DNA of 64,000 bases from Alphaproteobacteria bacterium (lineage in GTDB: Bacteria; Pseudomonadota; Alphaproteobacteria; MPNO01; UBA830). The notes beneath the pieces are model-generated. The model saw nothing but the letters and a program-made list of their open reading frames with translations. It ran no database searches and was not told the DNA's origin. Both the position numbers and the translations under genes were made by a program. This document shows, piece after piece, positions 31,701-42,548 of this stretch. How positions within the stretch are numbered: position 1 is the stretch's first letter; every line of letters starts with the position of its first letter. The DNA is taken from contig OZ251539.1 in the NCBI GenBank assembly GCA_965243135.1, positions 5,920,001 through 5,984,000 of the forward strand, given 5' to 3'.

Positions 31701-32964
31701 CGGATGCAAGGGGAGAAGACGGTGCTGTGCGTGCAGGACAGCAGCACGTTGAACTTCGCGAAGCGGGGAAAGACCGAAGGCTTGGGCATCATCGGGACGA
31801 ACCAGACCGGTGCCGGAGCCCGAGGCCTGAACCTGCACGCTATGATCGCGGTCAACACGGAGGGGCTGCCGCTGGGGGTTCTGCGGGCAGCGTTCGACGC
31901 GCCGCAGCCGGGCGCGGAGAAGAACAAGCCTCGCGAGGAGAAGAAGTCGTACCGCTGGATCGAGGGTCTTCGGGACAGCGCCGAGGCTGCTTCTGCACTC
32001 GATGGCGTGCAGGTAGTCGGCGTCATGGACCGGGAAGCGGACTTCGTCGACCTGTTCGTTGAGCGCCGCGAGCGGACGCCGGGAGTGGAACTCCTGGTGC
32101 GGGCGAAGACGAACCGGGTTCTCGGTAAGAACGACGCCGACAAGCTGTTCGACAAGGTGCGGAAAAGCCCGGCGCAGGGCAAGCGCGTCATCGAGATCAA
32201 GCGCCTGAGCGCGCGCATCAAAGCCAGCAAGCAGGCCGAGAAGGCCGTGCGAGAGCCCCGCCAGGCCGCGGTCGCGCTGCGTTACCTCAAGGTCGGGTTG
32301 CCGGCGAAGGGCAAGGCGCCCGTCGAGGTGACGATCGTGCATGTCCGCGAGGAAAACCCGCCTACAGAAGCCGACCGGCTGGAATGGTTCCTGTTGACGA
32401 CGCTGCCGGTCGAGAACGCCGACGACGCCGAACGCATCCTGATGTGGTACGGCCTGCGCTGGAGAATTGAAGATTATTTCCGGGTCCTGAAGTCCGGCTG
32501 CAAGATCGAGGAACTGGAGAACCGGACGGCCGAGCGCCTGCAGCGCGCCGCCGCAATCAACATGGTCGTCGCCTGGCGGATTCACCTGATGGCCCGCCTC
32601 GGACGGGAATTGCCTGACCTGCCGCCCGAGATCCTGTTCTCGGACGTCGAACTCCGGGTGTTGGCGATCTTCGCTAAATCGCGCCGCAAGCACGCGCCGA
32701 AAAGCCTCGGAGAGGCCGTTTCCCTGGTCGCCGCACTAGGCGGCTATTTCAAGCGCAAGCGGGACCCGCCAGGCGCGGAAGTGATGTGGTACGGCTACCT
32801 TCAACTCGCCGCAATGGCCTTTCACCAGGAACTTCAGGATGAATATTGTTAGTCCGGTATCGATTTGTGGGGCACAGGCAGGGCTAGTCTTCGACTACCT
32901 GCGAATGACCGACAATACCCTCGGAAGACGAAGACAGTCAGGAAATTAGAACAAAAAGGCCGTG
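28750..32964 (+). mobile_element. ISAs1-like element with DUF4338 module (decayed, interrupted by IS4)
   Basis: IRs CACGGCGATTTTATTCT / AGAACAAAAAGGCCGTG; fragments LVTNNSRFLILP, LETFVD, RHPLATVLAL, AIDGKTLRG, TNEI, DALLTQ, TVKGNQP, RGHWTVEN; no target duplication seen. Confidence 0.8.
30558..32881 (+). mobile_element. IS4-family (IS50/Tn5-like) element with DUF4338 N-terminal module
   Basis: IRs CTGCCTGTCCCCCACAAATCGATAC / GTATCGATTTGTGGGGCACAGGCAG; 8-bp target duplication GGCTAGTC; DDE ORF 31659-32852 (QDSS, DREAD, YGLRWRIEDYFRVLK). Confidence 0.92.
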
Positions 32965-34242
32965 GCCCAGCGCGCGGCAAACCGAACGCAGCGGACGGTG
33001 CAGGCCATACCTCTCCGCCAGGACGAACGCCCAGACGGACACTCCGTATCGGGTGAAATACCCGCTCCGGGGCCGGGACCTCCCTTTCCTGCCCGCAGGT
33101 GCAAGTCGGGCGCAGGTCGTCGAACATGCCGAACGCGATCCTGTACTCGAGGACGTACGTCTCGTTGTAGCCGTTCGAGACCCAGGCCTTGCCGCAGTCC
33201 TTGCACTTGCGATCGTCCGGAACCGAATCCTCCTCGCGGACAGGCAGGTCCGGAAACGGCGTGCGGCCGTGCGACGGCGTTCCCGAACGGCGCCCCCGGC
33301 GTCCGCCGGAAGCCGTAGGCGGACGCTCGCTGCTGCGTCCGTACAGATCCCGAGTGAGCCTGCGGTTGCGGGCCTTCACGCTCTCTACGGCGGCAGCCTC
33401 CGGTTTCGCCGCCGACGCCCTGCGTCTCTTTCTCAGGTTCCGGGCCTGCGTCCGGCGGAAACGCCCTCGCCATTCCCTCGCCTCCTGGACCGCGCTCGCC
33501 AGCGCCTGGTCGCGCTCCGCAATCTCCCGGAGGAGGGCCGCATTCTCCCGGAGCAACGACGCAGGTGGAGTCTGACCGTCGCCCGACAGCTCGGTTCCGA
33601 GAAGCGCGCCTGCAGATTTGAACGCCATGGCGCACAAGAACTAAAACCCGGTTTCCAGCAAAAATTTTGTCCGGCTGGACAGGTCGCTCCGCCCGCGAGA
33701 TGCTGCGACAAAACCTGTTGCCGGGCTACCTGCCGGACGTGGCGCGACCCAGGATCACCGCCGTACCCGGTCAAGGAAGTCAGGCCGAACCCGGGACCGG
33801 AGGCGGCTCCTCAAAAAATAGACCGTCACTTGACGAGCGAACGCTTACATTGGGACGCGTTCCAATGTAGGATCGTCCCGTGTTCCGACGGTAGTTGCGT
33901 CCAATTCGGTACCCGAGGTACTCTAGTGGTTTCTCAGGCACTCGTAAGCCTTCTCCGCGTTTATCGGCAGTTTCAGCCTTTCCATGAGTGCTTCGACTGC
34001 CGCCAGCATCTTACTGGCCGACGCTTTGCCGAGCACCACGCTGTCATCGGCGTAGTTGACGATCTTCGCGCAAAAGTTTTGAGCATAGCCCAATACCTTC
34101 CAGCCCAGAATGAAACGACGCATGTAGATGTTGCTGAGTAGAGGGGAGATCGGTGCTCCTTGCGGAGTGCCTTTCCTTTCCCTGCGCGCCCGGTTCGTGC
34201 GGCGTTTGCCGCCTTGTAAGCGTTCGGTCGTGGGGTGACGGT

Positions 34243-35115
34243 CTATTTGTTGAGGCTCTTCCTCCAGTCCCGCCGCAGGGGCTTCAGCCAGATGTTCTTG
34301 ACCGGGAGAGCGCGTTCTTTCCGAGTATCGAGCTTGCCGCGGCCCTGTGTTTTGCCGACCTTGATCCAGTTGGCGGCCCGGTAGCAGCTTCCTTCGAAGC
34401 GCGGCGTCTCGCAGAAGGTCTCGAGCAGGACCGGACGCAATGCGTAGCGGCGCTCCCAGTCGTCCGGCAGCCGTCGTTCGACCAGAGCGAGAATATGGGA
34501 CGCGAGATTTTTCATCCGAACCCAGGGCAAGATCAGGAACCGGGCATTGTTGACCGCCAGCGGCAGGTTGCGGCGGCGGGTCTCGGGGTTCCATCCGACG
34601 AGTTCGTCCCTGGGCGCGATCTTCCAGGCTGCGGCGCCGAAGCCGAGGACGGCGAGGGGTTCGCCGCCAGCAGCCCGGACCAAGTATCGCATTTGCGCGC
34701 CGGGCAGCGTCGAGTAGCCGAGATAGTGGTAGCGAGCGACGAACTCGTTCCAGAGGCGGCCTTCGCCCGCGTTCCGGACAGGCTCCATGGCGACAGGTTG
34801 GACATCGGCGAGACGTTCGGGGACCAGGAACAGGGGCCTGTCGGTCGCGGGGCCGGGCACGATCGGACGGCGTACGGTCGGCGTTTGCCTTGGCGGCGGC
34901 AGGACGATCACGCCGTCGCGATGCATGCGCAGCATGGCCACTCGCGCGCTCATATCCTTTAGGCCGCCGTCAGGCTTGCGCCAGTCGAGGCGCCGGCAGA
35001 CCTCCCGCGACAGCGCCCGGCGGGTGAGGCTGCCCCTTCCGATCAGGGAGCGGATCATGTCGATCTCGTCCTCGGAGAAGTCGCGCCCGCAGTAGCGGCA
35101 AGGGCCGCCGCTCAC
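34243..35115 (-). CDS. DUF4338 (DruA-like) protein with N-terminal HTH-like region
   Basis: Intact 290-aa ORF; GTGA overlap with the transposase stop; YHYLGY, GAQMRY, AAAWKIAPRD..GW, VNNARFLILPW, LETF, CYRAANW..G.T.GRG. Confidence 0.88.
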   Translation of the reverse strand: MSGGPCRYCGRDFSEDEIDMIRSLIGRGSLTRRALSREVCRRLDWRKPDGGLKDMSARVAMLRMHRDGVIVLPPPRQTPTVRRPIVPGPATDRPLFLVPERLADVQPVAMEPVRNAGEGRLWNEFVARYHYLGYSTLPGAQMRYLVRAAGGEPLAVLGFGAAAWKIAPRDELVGWNPETRRRNLPLAVNNARFLILPWVRMKNLASHILALVERRLPDDWERRYALRPVLLETFCETPRFEGSCYRAANWIKVGKTQGRGKLDTRKERALPVKNIWLKPLRRDWRKSLNK

Positions 35116-36915
35116 GGTCCCTGGGGGAGAGAGGGATGCCAGGAGCGGAGGCGCTCCTCGCCTGCGCCCCACGGCAGCCAGGCAGCCGGGCCTTCGGGCG
35201 GCGGACCGCGATGACGGGCGCAAGCATCGAGATAATCAAGCAGCCAGCTGTACGGCGAGACGCCGGCCATCTCGAGCGTGCCGAAGATGGAATAGAGCAT
35301 GCCCGCCAACCGCGCTCCGTCCACGCTTTGCGACCCGAACGAAAGCTTCCGGCTGATCGCGAGGCCGCGCAAGCCGCGTTCGGCGGGGTTGTTGTCCATG
35401 GGAACGGCCGCGTTGTCCACGAAGGTTGTCAAACCGTCGCGGTGGCGCAGCAGGGAGTCCAGAGGGCCGCGTTGCGCCGCGCTCTCCGGGAGCGCGTCCC
35501 GCGCCTTTTTCGCCGCCGCGAAGAACGCTTCGGCGAACCTCGCGAGCCGCCGCTGGGCGGCGGCGTTGTCCGGGCGCGCCAGACGCCTGGCGTTGAGACG
35601 GTATAATGCCGCAATGCGACGAAGCCACTTTTGGGCGAACTGCGCGAGGTTCGGGTAGCCGGTCTCGAGGTTGACGAAGTCGCGTCTGGCATGGACCCAA
35701 CAATATGAAAGGACGATGCACCCTTCCATGACGCGCGCCAGCTTCCGATAGGCGGAGTAGCGGTCGCAGACCAGGTGAGCCGCCTGTTCGGGCGAGCCGA
35801 GACCCTTGAACAGCTCAAGGGCGGCTTCCGCGCTACGCGACGGCGAGGATGCGGACCGCGTCCGCCGCCCGGGCGATCCAGGCCCAAGCGCGAGCGTTGC
35901 CTCCGTCCTCTTCGCCCAACTCCCGTATCCACCACCCTGTCTCGTCGCCGTGAATGATCGGCGCCTTCGACAGATGCCGGGAGATCTCTTCGTCGAGCGG
36001 CTCGAACAGGCGCAGGAACCGTCGCTGGGCGTCCGCCAACGTGCCGGGCGCAATGGCGAGCCCGTGCTGGCCCAGCGCGCGGCAGACCGAACGCAGCGGA
36101 CGATGCAGGCCATACCTCTCCGCCAGGACGTTCGCCCAGACGGAGACTCCGTACCGAGTGTTCGGGAACAGCCGCGCCGGGGCCGGGCCGACAGCCTCCT
36201 TTTCCGGTCGGCAGGTACAGGCCGGGCGCAGCCGCTTCCGTCGAATCCTCCGGACATAGGTGACGGTCCTGGTCTCGACGATCTCCGTGTCTTTCCAACC
36301 GTTCGAGACCCAGGCTTTGCCGCAGTCCGGGCACGTGCGCTCGTCCGGAATCGACTCCTCCTCGCGAACGGGCAGCTCGGGGCGCTGCGTGCGACCATGC
36401 GACGGCGTTCCCTGATGGCGCCCCCGGCGTCGACCGGTTGCCGCAGGCCGCCGCTCGCTGCGGCGCCCGAACAGCTCCCGGGCAAACCTGCGGCTGCGGG
36501 ACTCCAGACTCTCGTTCTCCGGCGTCTCCGCAGTTCGACACGGGGGCGGCACCTCATGTCTCTTTATCTCGGCGTCGCAGCAACACTTCTCCGCTTTCTG
36601 GACCGCGGTCTCCAGCTCCCGGCCGAGATCCGCATTCTCCCGGCGCGACGCGGCCAGCGCCAGACTGAGATCCGCACTCTCCCGGCGCGCCGCGGCCAGC
36701 TCCCGGCCGAGATCCGCACTCTCCCGGCGCGCCGCGGCCAGCTCCCGGCCGAGATCCGCACTCTCCCGGCGCGCCGCGGCCAGCTCCCGGCCGAGATCCG
36801 CACTCTCCCGGCGCGCCGCGGCCAGCTCCCGGCCGAGATCCGCACTCTCCCGGCGCGCCGCGGCCAGGCCGCCGCCCGACAACTCGGTCTCCGGAAGTGA
36901 ATGTTCGCTCGACAT
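35112..36915 (-). pseudogene. IS66 transposase (frameshifted)
   Basis: LFGRRSER, CPDCG, HGDETGW, CDRYSAY, CWVHARRDF, MDNNPAERGLR; frame break near 35840. Confidence 0.9.
36612..36867. repeat. 42-bp tandem repeat, ~6 units (AAARRESADLGREL)
   Basis: Four perfect and two variant units in the transposase N-terminal coiled coil. Confidence 0.95.
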
Positions 36916-38033
36916 AGCGACCGTGGAGCCAAAAACGCGTGTCCAGCCCCCGCCCGAATCATTCGCCAAGCTCAATCGAACGTTTACTCCGCGAGGAGCG
37001 CCGGGCCGCCAACCAGGGGTGGACAGCCTCAGGCACCCGGAACGAACGCGTTCTCCCGGTCAAGGATGTCTGGTTGAACCCTTGCCTGGAGGCGGACTCT
37101 CAACACCGTCACCCCACGACCGAACGCTTACGCCGCCTTTGCCGTCGTCCTCTTCCACTGCCATTTCCAGCCATGCCCAGCCCAGCATTCGCCCGTCGCT
37201 TACGCGACGGGCGACGGACTTCGTCAGTTCCGCATGAGGGGCCGAAGTAGTCGGACAGGTCTGCGTCCACCACCTCGTGGTAGCCTTGTCTCAGCAGCTG
37301 GTGCACCCGATTGACCGCGTCGAGTGCGCCTCTTTCCGGTCTGTAGGCATACTGCTCCGGTTGCAGGTCGGCTTCGAAGATCGGCGACAATATGAGCATC
37401 GCCGCCGTTTGCGCCACCCTGCGCAGGGGATGCCCAGGGGCCGGAATTTTCCGCGCTGTTTCTTTGGGACCTGCCGTACCGCGGTCGGTCGGTAGGTTCC
37501 TTCTTTCAAGTCCCGCGCCAGTTCCTCAAGCCATTGGTCCACTCCTTGCGCTTCGATATTCGCTATCGTCGTTCCGTCCGTCCCGGCAGTCCCTCCGTTT
37601 CGACGGACGTCCTGCCAAGCCGTGAACAGCACTTCGTAGCTCCATACCTTGTCGCATAGCGAGTAGAACCGGAAGCTCGGGGATTCCTTCGCTTGTAACG
37701 TTGTCTGGAGTCTCCGAACTTTCTCCGAGGCTGCTAGGCTTTTGCCAGTCCTCATGTCCTTTCTTCCTTCCAACGCTTCTCTCGACCCAAGGCCCCTTTC
37801 CTCCACCGGCATTACCCGGCTTCTCCGGTACTACGGGCCTCTCCGCCACCCTGCCGGCCCGGCCTGCCCCTCGCGGGGTTCCGGTTGACTCGTGCGCGTC
37901 ACCGACAGGGCTTCCCGTGTTGCTGCTTCCTTCATCTTCCATGCGTGCCGACCCCCGGCGGAAACGGTCGGTGCTCTTGTCGTTCTCTTCCCGACCGTCG
38001 GCGGCTTTCCCCTAGTTTCTGGAGGGTCAGCTT

Positions 38034-39658
38034 GGGTGTGGATCTCATATGGCTAAAATTGCATAAAGTGCAACATTATCAAGCTGCAAGGACTGTTATT
38101 TCCTGATTGTCATTTGCGGCAGGAACTCCGACCATAGCTTGCCATGCTAAATCGAAACGGCCGGATCTTATCAATGCTCTGAAAGTGAGGACGTTCTGAC
38201 CTCCTTCGATACTCCAACGCATGCCGGCCCGCTTCATGCGCTGGTTGACCAGAACCTTGTTGGCAGCTTCGACAACGCCTGACCGCATAGCCCCTAGCGT
38301 TCAAGCTTGCATAGCGCATGCGGCGCCTGTGCTTCCGGAAAAACTTGAGCTCGCGTTCGAGATCCTTGAGCGCCGCCGTTGTCGTCGCCTTGTCGCGAAG
38401 ATGGCGGATCGCCCGGATAACCTTGTCGATGCCGTTGGCGTCGTCACGCAGGACAGCGCGGTACTTATCGTACCAGTCGGTCGCGACCGCATGGTCGGCA
38501 ACGTCGCTGAGATGTTCGCACGCATGAAAGAAATCGACTACCTGTTCGTCGGGTCGAAGTTTCTCGAGAAACGTCCAGTTGTCGGCTGCGGCATCGGCGA
38601 CGGCAACGATCTGAAGGTCGGGCCGCACTTTCCGGATGTGCTCGACTTCTTCGGTGATCTGCGCCTTCAGCGTCGTCTTGCCAGTTTCCGGCATCTGCGC
38701 ATAATACAGTGTTTCCAGGCGATTGCCGTCCGCGTCATGGAAACTTATCGTACCGCAGGACGCTTCGCGCCAGCACGCTTCTTCATGCTCGTCGGGACGA
38801 AGCGCAACCATCACGCCATCGAGCGAGACGGCGAAGGAAACCGCTTCCGACGGCACCGGTTTCGCCTCGCGGATTTCGTCCAGGGCCGCTTGGCCTTTCT
38901 CCTTCCAGAGATCGCCCGCCGTCACCAGGAGGCGTCGCAGGTGGCTCGACGACGGGTTCATGCCCCCCAGCTTTCCGAAGAGTTTGGCCGCGTCTCTCGG
39001 CGTGCAGTGATCCATGACCAGGAGGGCGCGGTAAGCGGCGGGAACCGTGAGGTAACCGTCGACCAGACCCAGGCTTTCGTCGACGGGCATGATGGACGAA
39101 TTTCGGGCGCGGTACCGAGAACGGTAATACGTGACCGGACCGAACAACGTATTGATGGTTTTTGGCGTCGGCGCAGCCCGGTAGAAGACCTGATCCTCCC
39201 GGTGAATCGGACCTTGTTCGTCGTCTCGCGCTTCAATGTAATCGCCTACGGCCGCACGACAGATCGTGAAAGCATGCTCCCTCAGCCTCGAAACCGGCGA
39301 ACGCCTCGGAACCCTGTTCCCGTCGTTCGATTTCTTTGCAGATGAAGGCTGCGGCTGACCGAAGCGCCTCGGCGGTCGTCGCGGGGAGGTCCGAGAAGGA
39401 CAAACCGGGGCTGTGATGCTGACATGGGAATGCTCCTGATGTTGTGTGTTGGTGCCAACATTCTGCCGCATCTTGCGGCTTGGAGCATTCCTTTTTTTGC
39501 TCTCCAACTCCCCCATCGCGACAAAATCCGCCCCCGGAACGGCGATTTGTCACGAAATCGCTGATTTCGGCCTCGCAGCGCCGCGACACGGACTTGGATA
39601 ATCGTTGAAAATCAACGTCTTATGTAATCTTAGATTTAGCCATATCAGATTTGCACCC
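38034..39658 (-). mobile_element. ISKra4-like element inserted in the group II intron RNA
   Basis: IRs GGGTGTGGATCTCATATGGCTAAA / TTTAGCCATATCAGATTTGCACCC; 8-bp duplication GTCAGCTT; transposase VSLDG, ADAAADNW, VDFFHACEHL, SGVVEAANK..RMKRAGMRW (frameshifted). Confidence 0.88.
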
Positions 39659-39862
39659 GTCAGCTTCCGCATTACATGTTTCGAGGCCTGGTTCACTCGC
39701 GTTTCGGCCCGCATGTTCGCTGAGCGGCCTTCGCCGCCCATTTCCAGAGTGCTTCAGCCTACATCGTCACCTCCGTAAACCGCCCTGGCCGCTACCAACC
39801 GGAACGACAGTTGTTGGGTGGGATTCGCACCCACCAGAAGAAAGCGCCTTTCCACGGCGCAC

Positions 39863-40650
39863 AAAAACCGCATAGTTGCGCCGCTATCGCGAGAACCGTC
39901 GCCAAAGCGCTGACCGCGACGACTTCGGAAGTCCTGCACCGTACTTAAATACTCGTACAGACTCCCCGTGATCCGGTATCTCGTCTACGTTCAATGTCTT
40001 GCAGTTCCAGATCTTATTATCGGAAAGCATGCAGAGTTGCTTGCGGGCATCCTTTTCCAGCTGGAACATCTTTCTGGACGTTCCATGTTCGCGGTAACCG
40101 CCACATGCGTTCATATCCCTTTGTGAAACCAACGTCTCGCCAGTTCGCCGCTTGATAACACGTTCCCTCGAAACGGTCCGGATCTATAAAAGTCTCCGCC
40201 ACTGGATGGCCGTATGCCGTCCGAAAGTCGGCCGACAGGCGCTGGGTGCTGAGGGACAAAATATGGGACGCCAGGTTGTGTTGCCGCCAGGGCGGAAGAA
40301 TCAGCAAGCGCGCGTTGTTCGCTACAAGATGCAACCGGCGGCTACGCTGCTCGGGCGTCCAGCCATTGGTCGCGCGCTCGCAGCCGCCAAGCCGCCGCTT
40401 TCCAGCCCAGCAACGCCACCCATTCTCCGTCCGGGGCCACGGCGACATGCCGCACCGCCTCGCCGACCATGCCGCGGAACTCGAGGTAGTGGTGCTTCCG
40501 CATCGTCTCGTCCCACCGGTCGCGTTCCGCCGGGTCGAGCACCGGCCGAACGGCGATGTCGTCCGGCCCCCGTGTGTTTTTCGTCGTCGGCACATTGGCG
40601 GCAAAAACCGGAAATGTCCAGAAGAAAATTACCTGCCGGTATTTCATTCA
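39863..40650 (-). pseudogene. DUF4338 plus start of ISAs1-like transposase (host of the group II intron)
   Basis: HHYLEF..GEAVRHVA, LVANNARLLILP, ETFIDP..GTCYQAANW, then LATVLAIAAQLCG cut at the intron 5' end. Confidence 0.75.
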
Positions 40651-40804
40651 TCCCTTTCTTGAAGAGCCGTGTGCGCTGTCCGCAACGCCTTGAAATGCGG
40701 ACAGCTTTCAGGAGTACCAAATTCTTTCCTCGGGTACGGAAAACTGCGAATTCTTCGCGCCGGGACCGTGATTTTCGCAGATTCCATCCCACGGCCGGCC
40801 GGGC

Positions 40805-41000
40805 GACGCCCTTGGCCGCCCGCGTTCAGGCCATGGCCCGGCTTGCACCGGGTTTGCGGTGCGGCAACACTCGCCTTTCGTTCTGGAGACTGAGCACCCG
40901 CGAGGCCCTTGCGGGCTCGTCAGCGGGCGGGCGGAGCGGGCCGCGAGGCGCCGGCCGGGCGGCGAGCCGACAAAAAACGGCACAGCGCAAACGGCTCTTG
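40805..41000. repeat. Dispersed ~190-bp non-coding repeat, copy 2
   Basis: Direct-orientation homolog of 25320-25503. Confidence 0.8.
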
Positions 41001-41024
41001 AACGGCTTTTTCCTTGTATTATCA

Positions 41025-41935
41025 TTAGGTTAGGATGAAGGATAAATTTGCCCTGGCTTTGAGGTAGGCGTAGCCTTGCCAGAGCTTGATGGTCCCGGGC
41101 AACGGCTGACGTTTGGAGGAGATGAAGCTCGCGAGCCGTCCCACGTCGACCACGAAGGTCCAGATGTCGAGCAGCTGAAAGCTTGACGGTCTTCGAGTTC
41201 TTCCGTGGACATGGGGCACCTTGTTGTCTGACAGCGTGCAAACTGTCAAATGTACGCTGGTTTTCCCCATATTCCAAGACTTTCTTGTGATCGTCATAAT
41301 CCTGTCATGCACTCCGCTCTTGACCACGCCTCGTTCGGCGAGGTCGAGCACCGTGATTTCGTCTTCCTCCGCGACTTCGGCGGCCGGGGCGTTGGGCCTG
41401 TCCCGCGCCATGCGTTGGAGAGACCCGGCAGGCGGCGTCGAAGGCGAGGTACTTTCGAAGGTCGCCGGCATCGTCGAACCGCTGGTTTTCGACGCCCACT
41501 TGAGGGCCCTGAAGTATTCCGTCCAGCGCCGCTCGTACCACTTTACGATGCGCACCGCGTCGTCTTTCTCGGGTTCGCCCTCCGTCGCGAGCAATAGCCA
41601 GTCGAGACCTTGCGGCTCGGCGACCGGCACGGCGAACATGGAGACAGGATCGTCGCCGATCCTGTCGCCGGGCGGCACGAGCTTGACGCGGGCGGCGCGG
41701 ATGTCGAGCGTCACCTCGCGCTTCTTGCGCGCCCGCTTGCCGCCGCAGGCGGCGAGCGTCAACGATCTCCGGGTCAGCACCGGCTGCTCCGCCATGTAAA
41801 GGCCCATTTTCTTACCATCTTCGCACAGCACGCGCCGCCGCTTCGAGCGGCACGCACGCACTACCAAGCCAGCGCCCGCTGCCACCGCCCTCGACAGCAG
41901 TTCCCAGATGTCTCCTTCCCGGTCGCACACTGTTA
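41025..41935 (-). pseudogene. IS4/Tn5-like transposase C-terminal fragment
   Basis: CDREGDIWE, WLLLAT, WYERRW.EYFRALK, PLPGTIKLWQG. Confidence 0.8.
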
Positions 41936-42004
41936 CGATGAGTTCAGGCCGAAGGCTTCGTAAAGGGCACGCTGATCATCTGTCATCGGCGGCGGGTTGT
42001 TGTC

Positions 42005-42277
42005 CTAGATCTTCAGGCTGTTGCCGTAGGTTTCCATATTGAGGCCGCAACTTCCGCAAACTGCCCGGTCTCCGTGGTCGAGCCGCCCCCTCCCCTTCTC
42101 ACAGCGGGGGCACATGACCAAATCCCAATCGTCCGTGACGCAGCGGCCAGGCACGTAGACACTCTCGCGTTCCTCAAGGATTTCGAAGTCCGACTTCCAA
42201 TGAGACTCAGCCCATCGCGGCGGATCGGACCGCTCCTCCTGAAAACGGTGGGTCACGCGCAACGTGTTGTCAGCCAT
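42005..42277 (-). CDS. Small zinc-ribbon hypothetical protein
   Basis: GAGGAG RBS; CPRC and CGSC pairs. Confidence 0.55.
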   Translation of the reverse strand: MADNTLRVTHRFQEERSDPPRWAESHWKSDFEILEERESVYVPGRCVTDDWDLVMCPRCEKGRGRLDHGDRAVCGSCGLNMETYGNSLKI

Positions 42278-42313
42278 GTCTGTTTCTCCTCAAGTGTTCA
42301 GATGAGCGTGGTT

Positions 42314-42430
42314 ATACCAAACCTACTATTAAGTGACCTGTATAATAAATGACTGTACTCGTTTATGTGCAACGAGAATGCGCTACTGCAACCCCCGCAA
42401 AAACAAGTCATTTAATTGTGGGATTGGTAT
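42314..42430. mobile_element. MITE-like element
   Basis: AT-rich 117 bp with 24-bp TIRs ATACCAAACCTACTATTAAGTGAC / GTCATTTAATTGTGGGATTGGTAT (20 of 24 match). Confidence 0.7.
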
Positions 42431-42548
42431 TAGTCGAAGTCAGGAAATAGCGCAGGATAGGCCTATGCATCCTCTGGCGCCGACAGAGTGACCGTGCTTC
42501 TCAGTCACTCTGTCGGTGCAACTATGATTCGCTGTCGCCGAGTGTCCG

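Larger units (their letters stand above)
28607..33848 (-). mobile_element. Internally deleted IS66-DUF4338 element(s) hosting later insertions
   Basis: IS66-type ends at 28607 and 28683, each followed by the DUF4338 C-terminal codons, and at 33848; transposase N-terminal remnant 32965-33630 (LYGRSSER, HGRTP, CKDCG). Confidence 0.7.
34216..37131 (-). mobile_element. IS66-family element (single transposase plus DUF4338 gene)
   Basis: Perfect 26-bp IRs GTAAGCGTTCGGTCGTGGGGTGACGG; 8-bp target duplication GCCGCCTT on both sides, inside the intron RT. Confidence 0.95.
33849..39862 (-). mobile_element. Group II intron (class E-like), disrupted and 3'-truncated
   Basis: 5' end GTGCGCCGTGGAAAGGCGC at 39862; RT fragments FYSLCDKV, RPLGIP, PIFEADL..QYAYRP, DADLSDYF (37.1-37.75 kb) and GTPQGAPISPLLSNIY, YADD, EYLGYRIGR..YIGTRP (33.85-34.2 kb). 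Confidence 0.88.

Noticed and set aside
34243-35115. Complete Druantia defence system
   Set aside because: Only the DruA-like domain is present; no DruE helicase or other dru genes, and every copy lies within IS boundaries
36612-36867. Tandem repeats as a possible CRISPR or iteron array
   Set aside because: No spacers; in-frame coding repeats of the transposase
33849-37750. RT as a retron, DGR or CRISPR-associated RT acting on the cassette array
   Set aside because: It has a group II intron 5' end and intron-type RT motifs, is disrupted, and the cassette variation is not obviously adenine-restricted
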